A DNA stretch of 64,000 nucleotides from an uncultured bacterium (lineage in GTDB: Bacteria > Hydrothermota > UBA3073 > NMUJ01 > CBEVQO01), in NCBI GenBank assembly GCA_965552055.1, contig CBEVQO010000005.1, positions 1 through 64,000 of the forward strand, in the 5' to 3' direction. The notes under the pieces were generated by a model that was not told the DNA's origin, ran no database searches, and worked only from the letters and a program-made list of their open reading frames with translations. Made by a program: the position numbers and the translations under genes. This document shows positions 54,171 through 64,000 of this stretch, piece by piece (within the stretch, counting starts at the first letter, position 1; every line of letters starts with the position of its first letter).

Positions 54171-56513
54171 ATGAAGAAGTGTGTTTTAATACTATGTGTA
54201 TTTTGGGGTCTATTAATGGCTAATGCCGATGCTGAGAAATGGGTTGTGGATACTTCTGGTGTAGAGGGCGAATCTTTACAGGTGGCGATAGATAAAGCAT
54301 GGAATGACCCTGGAATTGATACTGTAGTGGTTAAAAACGGGAAATATCATCTTGCTATAAATGGCGATACGGGTTTAATAATGCGAGATTCTGTTGTATT
54401 GATAAGCGAAGGTGGTGCGTACAAATGCACACTTACAGCAATAAAAGAAGATTTCAGTGACACTGCATGGCATGTGATTTTTTGTGATACAAGTGGCTTC
54501 AAAGATACTGCATCTCATGCAGCACTGATAAAAGGTTTTACAATAAAAGATGGCAAGACAGAGTTCGGTTCTCCACCGCACAACCAAGGTGGAGGCATTT
54601 TCTTATACAGGGCTTCTCCTGTTATTGAATCATGCAATATTGTTTACAATACCGCCTACAATGGAGCAGGCATTTACATTGAATATGCTTCACCTATATT
54701 GAGGGATAACATAATAGCGCATAATTATGCTTACTATTTTTGCGGAGGCGTTCATATTGCTGACCATTCCTCACCTTATTTAAGCGGTAACATTATAAAA
54801 GATAACTCGGGATATTATGCAGGTGGTATTTGCATTATAGGTTATTCAAGACCTGAATTGTGCAATAATATTATAGAAAAGAATTGGGCGGGTGCTCTTG
54901 GTGCGGGCATTTATATCCTTGCTTCTTCTTCAGCAACTCTAAATAATAACATTATTAAAAACAATCATGCCGATTATAAAGGAGGCGGTATTTGCATTTT
55001 GCAAAATTCTTCCGCGATATTAAGGGCTAGCATTATAAAGGGCAATAGTGTTTATCACCATGGTGGTGCTTTATGCATAGGTAAAAATTCTTGGTGTGTG
55101 CTTTCGAATAATGTTATTATCGATAATAAAGCTCGTGATTATGGTGGATGTGTTTTTATTTGTGATAATGCTTCTCTTTTGATGAAAAATTGTGTTATTG
55201 CGATGAACAAAGCACTGGAAGGCGGGGTAATATTTGAAAGTTGTTCAAGCAAAACTGTAATTGATTCGTGTTTTATAATTGATAATGGCAGTCATTCTTC
55301 GCGCACGGGTCTTGCATTCATTGATAGCACTGCGGATTCAGGTGTGACATTTAAAATTTCAAATTCAAATGTTTATTATAATACCTATCAGCCCGATACC
55401 GAGATTTATAACTTATCGAGTGTTATGATAGATTTAAAGAACAATTTCTGGTGGGATACAACCGATAGTGAAATATCATCATTGATTTACGGCTTAAATG
55501 ACCATTCTAACTGGCGAAAAGATTTTGTGTCTGGTGTGCCAGGTGAGCCTCTTCAAGTTGATTCTGTAAAAGTGTATATTGATTCGATGTATTCTGAATT
55601 AGCCGATAACATATGGGAACCATGCACCCTTTATTTGAGATTATTCGGCAGAGATAGATTAAGGAATGTGAAAGAAATAGCCATTGCCATCGTTAAGACA
55701 TCCATTTACCAGGTAGGGATTGCTGTTAGTTTGTTAGAAACGGATACTTCATCTGGAATATACGAGGGTGAAATTTATGTGAAGGAAGTTACAGGAAAGG
55801 ATACCATTCAAACTGATGATATTTATCAAAGAATAAAGGTTGATTCAATATGGGATACGATAATTGTTTTTCCTAACATTGATGTTACAAAGAGATACCG
55901 TGTAATTTACAAAGGTCCTGATATTGATGTATCTTATAAGAATTATGATTTTGGAAGTATAAATGTTGGAGATAGTGCTGATTTTGAATTTTACTGCATG
56001 AATAAAGGTATTGCGAATCTTATAATTGATAGTGCAAAAGTAGATTCACCTTTCTTTGTAGTTTCTCCTGTATTACCTTGCAGTATCGGGAGTGGTGATA
56101 GTGTAAAAATGGTTGTAAGATTTATCCCGCGTGATACGGGCAACTATACGGATACACTTAAAATTTATTCCAATGACCCGAATGAACAGGTGATTTATAT
56201 TTTGCTATCAGGTAGCGCTGTTTCGCCTTTTGTAAAAGAAATAAAACCTGTTAGATTCGAATTTAAAGGCGTGACCCCCAATCCTTTATGCAATCACGGT
56301 AAAATTCATTATGCTGTTCCTGAGAAATCGCACATTAATATAAGAATATATGATGTCACCGGTAGATTCATCAAAGAAATTATCAATGAAGAAAGTTCAC
56401 CTGGCTTTTATGATGTTGAATTCAAAATTAATTTACCGGAAGGCGTTTACTTCATCGTAATGGAAGCTGACAAATTCAAATCGATTCGCAAATTTCTGGT
56501 AATAAAATGGTGA
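54171..56513 (+). CDS. Secreted right-handed beta-helix protein with Ig-like domain and T9SS-like tail
   Basis: Signal peptide; repeats GGGI..SP.L..NII..N.A; IYSNDPNE; tail TPNP..IYDVTGR..LPEGVYF. Confidence 0.85.
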   Translation: MKKCVLILCVFWGLLMANADAEKWVVDTSGVEGESLQVAIDKAWNDPGIDTVVVKNGKYHLAINGDTGLIMRDSVVLISEGGAYKCTLTAIKEDFSDTAWHVIFCDTSGFKDTASHAALIKGFTIKDGKTEFGSPPHNQGGGIFLYRASPVIESCNIVYNTAYNGAGIYIEYASPILRDNIIAHNYAYYFCGGVHIADHSSPYLSGNIIKDNSGYYAGGICIIGYSRPELCNNIIEKNWAGALGAGIYILASSSATLNNNIIKNNHADYKGGGICILQNSSAILRASIIKGNSVYHHGGALCIGKNSWCVLSNNVIIDNKARDYGGCVFICDNASLLMKNCVIAMNKALEGGVIFESCSSKTVIDSCFIIDNGSHSSRTGLAFIDSTADSGVTFKISNSNVYYNTYQPDTEIYNLSSVMIDLKNNFWWDTTDSEISSLIYGLNDHSNWRKDFVSGVPGEPLQVDSVKVYIDSMYSELADNIWEPCTLYLRLFGRDRLRNVKEIAIAIVKTSIYQVGIAVSLLETDTSSGIYEGEIYVKEVTGKDTIQTDDIYQRIKVDSIWDTIIVFPNIDVTKRYRVIYKGPDIDVSYKNYDFGSINVGDSADFEFYCMNKGIANLIIDSAKVDSPFFVVSPVLPCSIGSGDSVKMVVRFIPRDTGNYTDTLKIYSNDPNEQVIYILLSGSAVSPFVKEIKPVRFEFKGVTPNPLCNHGKIHYAVPEKSHINIRIYDVTGRFIKEIINEESSPGFYDVEFKINLPEGVYFIVMEADKFKSIRKFLVIKW

Positions 56514-56588
56514 TAAAAATTGATAAAAATTTTTAATTTTTAGCTTGACAAAGTCAAAATTTGATTAAAATAGATAAAGGAGGTTGTT

Positions 56589-59500
56589 ATGAGGTGGTTA
56601 ATTTTTATGTTTTTAACTGCAAATCTGTGGGGGGCTGAATACTGGTGGAGGATTGAGGTCGTTGATTCTGGGGTTCAGCGTGGTCAATATACAAGTGTTG
56701 TTCTTGATGATAGTGGTAGACCCTGGATTTCTTATTATGATGCCAATAATGGGTGGTTGATGTGTGCGCACTGGACAGGGACTGCATGGGATATTGATAC
56801 GGTTGATGATAGTGGCAATGTTGGTATGTATTCGAATATTGCTCTTGATAAAGCAGGTTATCCTCATATCGTTTACTTTGATGATGGGAATACAAGGTTA
56901 AAGCATGCGTGGTGGACTGGTGCTTTTTGGAAAACAGAGACCGTGAATGACCCTAACTCAAATGATTATGGATACTGGTGCGATATTGCTATAGATTCTT
57001 TAAATCGCATCTGGGTATCGTACTATGATGCTGATAACAAAAGGCTTATGTGTGCACGCAAAGTAGGAGCTGTGTGGGATACTATTTATATCGTAGTTGA
57101 AGCATTTGGACCTCCGGTCGGGGAATACTCATCAATTTGTATTGATACATCTAATAATCCCCATATATCCTATTATCATCAGATTAATGGGTTATCTCAT
57201 GCATGGTGGGATGGTTCAAAATGGCAGGCTCAGCAGGTTGATTTTGCAGGCGGTTATTACACAAGCATAATTGCAAGCGAATGTGATACACTGCATATAT
57301 CTTATTACAATCCTTCTTCGCGGGATTTAAAATATGCGAAAGGTTATTATTCTTCGGGTAGCTGGGGATGGACGACGCAGGTAGTTGATACACAGGGAGA
57401 TGTTGGCAAATGGACGAGCATAGCTGTCTGTGGAAATTCACCTCATATATCCTATTATGATGCTACAAATTTATGTCTCAAATATGCACATTTTGAGAAT
57501 GGTAGCTGGGAGATAGAAGTTGTTGATTCGCCGAAAGTCGGTGAATACACATCAATTGCACTTGATACAAATGGCTTACCCTGTATATCCTATTATGACG
57601 GAGGTAGTGAATGGCTTAAATTTGCAAGATTGCTTATAAGACCAGAGGTTGATTCAACTTCACCTCTTCATAATGAAGTTAATGTATCGCGTGCAACTCA
57701 GATAAATGTCTGGTTCTCAAAGGATATTGAATCTGCAACAATAAATAGTGCGAGTTTTAAAGTAATTGGTTCACAATCGGGTGAAAGGAAGGGCACGATA
57801 ACTTACGATTCTAATGAACGCAAAGCAACTTTTACATTGAATGCAGGTGAAACTTTCTATACCGGTGAGAAGGTGACAGTAATTTTAACAGATTCTATTA
57901 AGTCAGTGGATGGTGCACCACTTGTGCCTTATGTGTTTGAATTTACGATAAAGGCAGCCGAAGGGATTGCAGAGTTTAGTAATGAGGTAAGGTATAGTGT
58001 ATTGGGTACGCCTGTTGATATAGAGGTTTGTGACCTTGACCTTGATGGTGACCCAGACATTGTTACGCTTTCACAGGATACGATAATGATATGGCGTAAT
58101 GATGTTGATAGTCTGGTACCTGTGGATACTATTCCCTCGCCTTCTTCACAGTACTGCATTGCGATATTAGACCTTGATTTGGATGGTTTACCTGATATTG
58201 TGGTTGATTCAACTCCATCGAGTGCTCCTTATAGTATAAAGTTTTACAAAAATCAAGGTGGATTGAATTTCGCCTGGGGTTTTCGTTGTCAAACTGCTTA
58301 TGGTGTAACAGATATGTTTGTGTCTGACTTTGATGGAGATGGCGACTTTGATATTGCTGCACTGGAATTAACTCAGGTTGAGATTCTTTTAAATGAAGGA
58401 TTTTTTAATTTTACATCGAGTGATACGATTGACCTTACATTTTCGCACAATAAATTATATGGTGCTGATTATAATAATGATGGGTTGATTGACCTTGCTG
58501 TTACTGCCGCAGCGGGCACTCCCGGTTATGATGTTCTTGCAAATGAAGGTGAAGGCAAATTTAAGCACATTGGAACAATAACTTTAAGTCAGGGTGTTAA
58601 GGATATTATTGCATCTGATTTCGACAATGATTACAATGCGGATAATGCTTTGACGGGCGATGATACACTTATTATTTCAGAAGGCAATGGTGATTTTAGT
58701 TTTGCACCGGAAGATGATTATGTTGCTACTGGTTCAAATTTTCTTACTTCCGGTGATTTTGATGCAGATGGTGATATAGACCTTGCGGTTAGTGGGAATG
58801 TTACAGGTGGTGATACTTTATTTATATTTTTGAATGATAATGCTAGTTTTGATTCTGTTCACAAATTTTCTGCAACTGCGATAGAAAGAATTGTGAGTGC
58901 AGATTTTAACCTTGATAGCACAATTGATATTGCATCTATTCATTCTGGTGGAATATTATCAATATTTTACAATACGCCCGATACATTTCCACCTCCGCCT
59001 CCTGAAAGTTTAACTGCAAATGGTGGTTCTCCCTCTCCATGGGATTCCAGTGCTCGATTTGTAATTGACTGGATAAATCCTAATGACCCATCGGGGATAC
59101 TTTTTGCCAATTATAAGATAGGTTCGAGACCTGTGAGTGACTGGGATACAACAGGTCATATGTCTGCACCGTATACTCATCCCAAAGATACGATTTACTG
59201 GAAAGGGGAAGGGATAGATACATTGTGGGTGTGGCTTGTTGATGGTAACCTTAACACCTCGAAAGATTCTGTTTCATTTGTGCTTTTAAGAAGGGATACA
59301 ACACCTCCTCCTGAGCCACAAAAGATTTCTCCATCTGATGGAATATGGGTTGATAGTGCAAGGATAAAATTTATGTGGCATTCTGTTGTTGATTCTCTAT
59401 CAGGGACAATGAGTTATGGGATAGTGCTTGAATATGATGATGTAATAGGTCCTCCTTATATTAGAACAGCGGGCGATTTGAGTGGCACAACTTACTTTTA

Positions 59501-62500
59501 TACATGTCCTGAGACTGCTGTTTACTGGAGAGTATTTGCAAAGGATTCGGCAACAAACAGGAGTCCGCAATCATTCTGGTGTGTAAAAATAGACACAACT
59601 CCTCCAAATAAATTTTATGTTATTTCTCCCGATGGTGTATGGTTGAGGAAACCTCCTTATACATTTATCTGGCATAGTGCAAAAGACCACTGGTCAGGTG
59701 TTGAAAGTTATAAATTGAGAGTGTGGAGAGAAGGTTTTGCTGCTAGCAATTGGTCCGGTATAACTGATACCTCTTACATTGTGTTTGGTTTGCCTGGTTT
59801 TGCCGAAACTACATACTGGTGGTGTGTTATAGCGTATGATTCTGCTGGAAATTATGTGTATAGTGATACAGGGATTTTCTGGACAGATACTACAATTTTG
59901 CCGCCTTCTAATCTCACGATAAATGGTAAAAATCCGAACGACTGGACCAATGATAGTGTATTTACATTGAACTGGACAAATCCTTCTGATTATTCCGGTA
60001 TCGTTAGAGCATTATATAAGATTGGCAATAGACCTTCTTCTGATTATGATACAACTGGTTCTCTCACAGGAATTCCTCCTGTAAGTATTATCTGGCGGGA
60101 TGAAGGTGTAGAAACATTATGGCTGTGGCTCGAAGATAAGGCAGGTAATGTTGATTACACAAAAAATGCATTTGCAATAATAAGAAGGGATATAACTCCG
60201 CCTCAATCTTTTACTCAGATTTCACCTGTAAATAATTTCTGGCTAAATACCATTAATCCTCGCCTTATATGGCACAGCACTATGGATACTTTGTCGGGCT
60301 TGGCTTATTATACGATAAATGTTGATACAGTTCAAACATTTTCAACGAAAATAATTTGTGATACTGTTTCGGATACCATTTACAATGCAAATCTATTTGA
60401 AGACGCGTTTTACTGGTATGTTGAGGCATGGGATTCTGCTGGTAATGTATGTTCTACTTTTGTGTGGAATTTCAAAATAGATACAACCCATCCTCCCAAA
60501 CCTGTTTTAATATCTCCTCCTGATGGCTCATGGAACGGCAAATATGCTCATTTTGTATGGCATAAAGTTGAAGATTACTGGTCTGGTCTAGCTGCTTATC
60601 GCTTAAACATTGATACGAATGCTTTGATGCCAAATCCTCTGACATTTTCACTTACAGATACAGAGACAACAATTGTGCTTACTCATGAAGGCAAAACTTA
60701 TTACTGGATGGTGGAAGCTGAAGATTCGGCATTTAATATATCGCAAAGTTTGGTATGGACTTTCAAACTTGACACAACAGTTCTTGCACCGATTAATTTA
60801 ATTGCAAATGATAGTTCTCCGTCACCGTGGCAAAGGAGTTCTATGTTTGTTATTAACTGGCAAAATCCATCTGATTCCGCTGGAATAAAGTTTGCATTAT
60901 ACAAACTTGGCACAGGACCCAGTAATAACTGGGATACCACAGGTACGATGCATTTACCACCCGATACGATTTACTGGCAGGGCGAGGGCAAAGAAACTTT
61001 ATGGGTATGGCTTTGCGATAGTGCAGGCAATGTTAATTACCATAATCGCTCTTTTGTGTTGTTAAGAAGAGATACAACTCCTCCTTTTGCATTTTCAAAA
61101 ATAAGACCCCAGGATAATGCGTGGATAAGGGTTGTTAAGCCTTCTCTTATCTGGCATAGCACTCAAGATTCTCTATCGGGTCTGAGGATTTATCGTGTTG
61201 CTGTAGATAAAGATATGACTCCTCCTTTTATGATTGATTTTGTTTTGCGAGGTACTCTATATGTTACACCCCATTTACCTGAGACGATACTTTACTGGGC
61301 AGTCGTAGCAGTTGATTCTGCAGGTAACTTTAAAGAAGCTGATGCGGATACAAAAGTATGGTGGAAGATGAAAATAGATACAACTCCTCCTGATACAGTC
61401 CATCCAGTTTATCCTGTATCTAATCAATGGACGAGAGGTGGATTTATGTGGCGTAGTGCTAAAGATTACTGGTCAGGGATTAGATTTTATCATTTTGTGA
61501 TAGATACAGTTTATCCATTCACTCCCAGTCCCATAAAGGATACAGTTTGCAGGGATACCGTGATATTTATCAAAGGACTTTCTGAGCGGAATTATTACTG
61601 GAAAGTTGTAGCATTAGATTCTGCTTTTAATGGAGGTGCTGGTGTTGTTCATCAATGTCGAGTTGATACCACGCCACCGGATAGCGTTAAATTAATCTCT
61701 CCTGAGAACCTTTCTTACACGAATGATATACATTCTGTATTTACATGGGATACAGGCTATGATGCGCGTTCAGGTGTTATGGGCTATATTTTCTGGGATT
61801 CTTCACTTGCATATGGTGAAAAAATTGATACTCTTATCTTAGGCGTATTTAACACATCTTATAAGCCTTTAAAAGGTTTAAAGGAGGGCTGGCATTGCTG
61901 GGCAGTTGTAGCAATGGATTCAGCCTACAATGTTAGTGATGGTCATTATCCTTATTCTGTGCATTTGTTATGTGTGGATACTACTCCTCCTGAGTCCGCA
62001 ATTGCAACTTCGCCTCTTTATGTTGATAGCCTTGTATTTGTTGTGCAATGGAGTAAAGGTAAAGATACTTTATCGGGCATCACAGATACTTATAAATTGA
62101 GATATTCTACAGATTTAGTTTCATGGTATGATACGGCTGTTACGGGTACCGCATTTATTTTCAAAGGAGAAGACCAGACAAAATATTACTTTGAGGTGCT
62201 TTCTCGGGATTATGCTGGCAATTTTGAGCGCATCACAGGAGTGCCTGAATGCTCAACCTATGTTGATACTACACCGCCTCAGCAGGTTCAGTTAATCTCA
62301 CCTGAAGGCTGGATTAAAGAATTATCACCTGTTTTAATATGGCACAAAGCAAATGACTTTACAGGGATAGCAGAATATTATGTGCAGCTAAGTAAAGATA
62401 TGGGTTTCGATACCATTATTTTTTCGGATACCGTTGCAGATACATTTGCGGTGGTAGGTTTAAATTTAATGGAAAATGTTAAGTACTACTGGCGAGTTAG

Positions 62501-64000
62501 GGCAAAAGACAACGCAGGCAATGTAAACATGTGGTCAGGTTATAATATGTTTAAAGTGGATACATCATCGCCGCAAATACCTGAACTTGTAAGTCCTCTA
62601 AATGATACTCCAGTAACAACGGTTGATGATACTTTGACACTTATATGGAGGGCATCTTACGATGAGCTTTCTGGTATTTATGCTTATCAGGTGCAGATAA
62701 GCGAAGTTCCTGATTTCTCATCGCTTATACTTGATACTATTTTGTATCATCCTGATACTATATTGAGGTATCCAAGAGAATTAAATGAAATTAAGCATTA
62801 TTGGCGAGTATTTGCGATAGATAGTGTCTGGAATGTTAGCGATGGACATAAAGGGACATTTATGGTTGACAATACCGCGCCTGTACTTGTTCATAAGTAT
62901 CCTGACCTGAATGACACGGTTGACCCGCGTATAAAAATAGAAATTGCATTTTCTGAAAAAGTAGACCCCAAAACGGTTGATACTCTCTCCTTCTGTTTAT
63001 ATATGGAAGCAGAAAAAGTGAGAGGAAATGTTTATCAACATCCAGCTATAGAGACATTGTTTTACTTTGAGCCTAAAGAAAATCTTGAACCCAACACCAA
63101 ATATCTTGTTGTTGTTTCAACAAAAGATAAAAAAGTTAAAGATATTGCAGGTAATAAGATGTCGATGGTGAGCTGGAGTTTTTACACTGCAGGCAGTGCT
63201 GATAATATGCCTCCGGATGTTAAGGAAATAAAAACTTATCCCGAAGTTACTTATGGTGCGCCTTATGTAGTTATAAAAGCATTGCTAAAGGATGATATTT
63301 CGCGCATTAAATATGCTGAATATTTCGTTGATTCAGTGGGTTCACCTGGTACGGGCGATGCAATGATGCCACTCGATGGTGCGTTTGATAGCAAAGAAGA
63401 GTGGGTGATAGATACTCTATTCACTAAAGATTATAGTGGCACTTTGAGGATATTTATTCAGGGTAAGGATGAATGGGACAACTGGAGTGATGCAGTTAAA
63501 TCGAAGATAATAGTATGTCCTCCCGATACAATACCTCCGCTTTTTGATATAATGGTTAATGGAAGCCGAGAAGATACACTTCAGGTGACAGATACTATTG
63601 TAGTGAGAACTAAATCTTCGGAAATTATAAATCCCGATTATCCCGTAGTATGCACTTTGAAATACAATTCCACAGTTATTGCACAAACTATGAAGAGAGA
63701 AGATAGTGTTACCTATACTGTGCAATTTGTAATTACACATCCTCCTTTGACAGAATATGATGTTAAAGTGCTTGGTTACGATTATGGATGGCATTGGGAT
63801 ACTTTGAAGGATAGCATTGTAAGTATGCCAAATCTCGGTGTCAACGAAAAGCATTTTATACTTTATGACTTTGAATCACCCAGTATAATCTCATTTACAT
63901 TAAAACCAGAGACCCTTGAAATAACGGATAAACTAAATGTGGAGATTACAATAAAAGATAATTATGAGCTTAAAGAAGTTAGATTTTATTTTGACTCCGA
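56589..64000 (+). CDS. Giant multidomain surface protein (>2470 aa, 3' partial): beta-propeller, Ig-like, FG-GAP/VCBS and FN3-like repeats
   Basis: Not in the ORF track. SD AGGAGG, ATG 56589: MRWLIFMFLTANLWGAEYWWRIEVVDSG..; YTSIALD..P.ISYYD blades, DLDLDGDPDI / DFDGDGDFDI motifs, repeated DTTPP modules; same frame open at the window end (..NYELKEVRFYFDS). Confidence 0.85.
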   Translation, partial: MRWLIFMFLTANLWGAEYWWRIEVVDSGVQRGQYTSVVLDDSGRPWISYYDANNGWLMCAHWTGTAWDIDTVDDSGNVGMYSNIALDKAGYPHIVYFDDGNTRLKHAWWTGAFWKTETVNDPNSNDYGYWCDIAIDSLNRIWVSYYDADNKRLMCARKVGAVWDTIYIVVEAFGPPVGEYSSICIDTSNNPHISYYHQINGLSHAWWDGSKWQAQQVDFAGGYYTSIIASECDTLHISYYNPSSRDLKYAKGYYSSGSWGWTTQVVDTQGDVGKWTSIAVCGNSPHISYYDATNLCLKYAHFENGSWEIEVVDSPKVGEYTSIALDTNGLPCISYYDGGSEWLKFARLLIRPEVDSTSPLHNEVNVSRATQINVWFSKDIESATINSASFKVIGSQSGERKGTITYDSNERKATFTLNAGETFYTGEKVTVILTDSIKSVDGAPLVPYVFEFTIKAAEGIAEFSNEVRYSVLGTPVDIEVCDLDLDGDPDIVTLSQDTIMIWRNDVDSLVPVDTIPSPSSQYCIAILDLDLDGLPDIVVDSTPSSAPYSIKFYKNQGGLNFAWGFRCQTAYGVTDMFVSDFDGDGDFDIAALELTQVEILLNEGFFNFTSSDTIDLTFSHNKLYGADYNNDGLIDLAVTAAAGTPGYDVLANEGEGKFKHIGTITLSQGVKDIIASDFDNDYNADNALTGDDTLIISEGNGDFSFAPEDDYVATGSNFLTSGDFDADGDIDLAVSGNVTGGDTLFIFLNDNASFDSVHKFSATAIERIVSADFNLDSTIDIASIHSGGILSIFYNTPDTFPPPPPESLTANGGSPSPWDSSARFVIDWINPNDPSGILFANYKIGSRPVSDWDTTGHMSAPYTHPKDTIYWKGEGIDTLWVWLVDGNLNTSKDSVSFVLLRRDTTPPPEPQKISPSDGIWVDSARIKFMWHSVVDSLSGTMSYGIVLEYDDVIGPPYIRTAGDLSGTTYFYTCPETAVYWRVFAKDSATNRSPQSFWCVKIDTTPPNKFYVISPDGVWLRKPPYTFIWHSAKDHWSGVESYKLRVWREGFAASNWSGITDTSYIVFGLPGFAETTYWWCVIAYDSAGNYVYSDTGIFWTDTTILPPSNLTINGKNPNDWTNDSVFTLNWTNPSDYSGIVRALYKIGNRPSSDYDTTGSLTGIPPVSIIWRDEGVETLWLWLEDKAGNVDYTKNAFAIIRRDITPPQSFTQISPVNNFWLNTINPRLIWHSTMDTLSGLAYYTINVDTVQTFSTKIICDTVSDTIYNANLFEDAFYWYVEAWDSAGNVCSTFVWNFKIDTTHPPKPVLISPPDGSWNGKYAHFVWHKVEDYWSGLAAYRLNIDTNALMPNPLTFSLTDTETTIVLTHEGKTYYWMVEAEDSAFNISQSLVWTFKLDTTVLAPINLIANDSSPSPWQRSSMFVINWQNPSDSAGIKFALYKLGTGPSNNWDTTGTMHLPPDTIYWQGEGKETLWVWLCDSAGNVNYHNRSFVLLRRDTTPPFAFSKIRPQDNAWIRVVKPSLIWHSTQDSLSGLRIYRVAVDKDMTPPFMIDFVLRGTLYVTPHLPETILYWAVVAVDSAGNFKEADADTKVWWKMKIDTTPPDTVHPVYPVSNQWTRGGFMWRSAKDYWSGIRFYHFVIDTVYPFTPSPIKDTVCRDTVIFIKGLSERNYYWKVVALDSAFNGGAGVVHQCRVDTTPPDSVKLISPENLSYTNDIHSVFTWDTGYDARSGVMGYIFWDSSLAYGEKIDTLILGVFNTSYKPLKGLKEGWHCWAVVAMDSAYNVSDGHYPYSVHLLCVDTTPPESAIATSPLYVDSLVFVVQWSKGKDTLSGITDTYKLRYSTDLVSWYDTAVTGTAFIFKGEDQTKYYFEVLSRDYAGNFERITGVPECSTYVDTTPPQQVQLISPEGWIKELSPVLIWHKANDFTGIAEYYVQLSKDMGFDTIIFSDTVADTFAVVGLNLMENVKYYWRVRAKDNAGNVNMWSGYNMFKVDTSSPQIPELVSPLNDTPVTTVDDTLTLIWRASYDELSGIYAYQVQISEVPDFSSLILDTILYHPDTILRYPRELNEIKHYWRVFAIDSVWNVSDGHKGTFMVDNTAPVLVHKYPDLNDTVDPRIKIEIAFSEKVDPKTVDTLSFCLYMEAEKVRGNVYQHPAIETLFYFEPKENLEPNTKYLVVVSTKDKKVKDIAGNKMSMVSWSFYTAGSADNMPPDVKEIKTYPEVTYGAPYVVIKALLKDDISRIKYAEYFVDSVGSPGTGDAMMPLDGAFDSKEEWVIDTLFTKDYSGTLRIFIQGKDEWDNWSDAVKSKIIVCPPDTIPPLFDIMVNGSREDTLQVTDTIVVRTKSSEIINPDYPVVCTLKYNSTVIAQTMKREDSVTYTVQFVITHPPLTEYDVKVLGYDYGWHWDTLKDSIVSMPNLGVNEKHFILYDFESPSIISFTLKPETLEITDKLNVEITIKDNYELKEVRFYFDS

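Noticed and set aside
56605..63854. Short minus-strand ORFs in the last 7.4 kb, and similar antisense ORFs across the window
   Set aside because: Shadows of long, well-supported genes on the opposite strand or in another frame.

Overview
AT-rich bacterial chromosomal window with a very GC-rich rRNA operon (16S-tRNA-Ile-tRNA-Ala-23S, no adjacent 5S), which suggests a thermophile. Secreted proteins with T9SS-like tails suggest a diderm, FCB-related lineage such as WOR-3 (inference, not a database result). Gene content: a partial beta-propeller secreted protein, a PIN toxin module, a retropepsin pseudogene, a Na+/solute symporter, a MacAB-TolC exporter, an archaeal-type ATPase, an orphan rnfC, a complete Pho/Pst cluster with an embedded sigma factor, an MvaI/BcnI-like type II R-M system, a LonC-type protease, trpS, an SLBB/Wzc-like/Slt/deoB operon, a CHASE2 cyclase, ddl, and three large surface proteins (the last >2470 aa, running off the window). 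Main observations: (1) six copies of an intergenic element made of a GNA mini-hairpin, a conserved core, a variable stem-loop and a G-quadruplex-like tail, always pointing into the downstream promoter or gene; (2) sigma70-like promoters with a consistent 15-bp rather than 17-bp spacer, many apparently leaderless; (3) the 8.7-kb Pho cluster is bracketed by a ~67-bp direct repeat that duplicates the rnfC promoter; (4) a sigma factor lies inside the Pho-box-controlled operon; (5) compensatory changes at normally invariant rRNA pairs.
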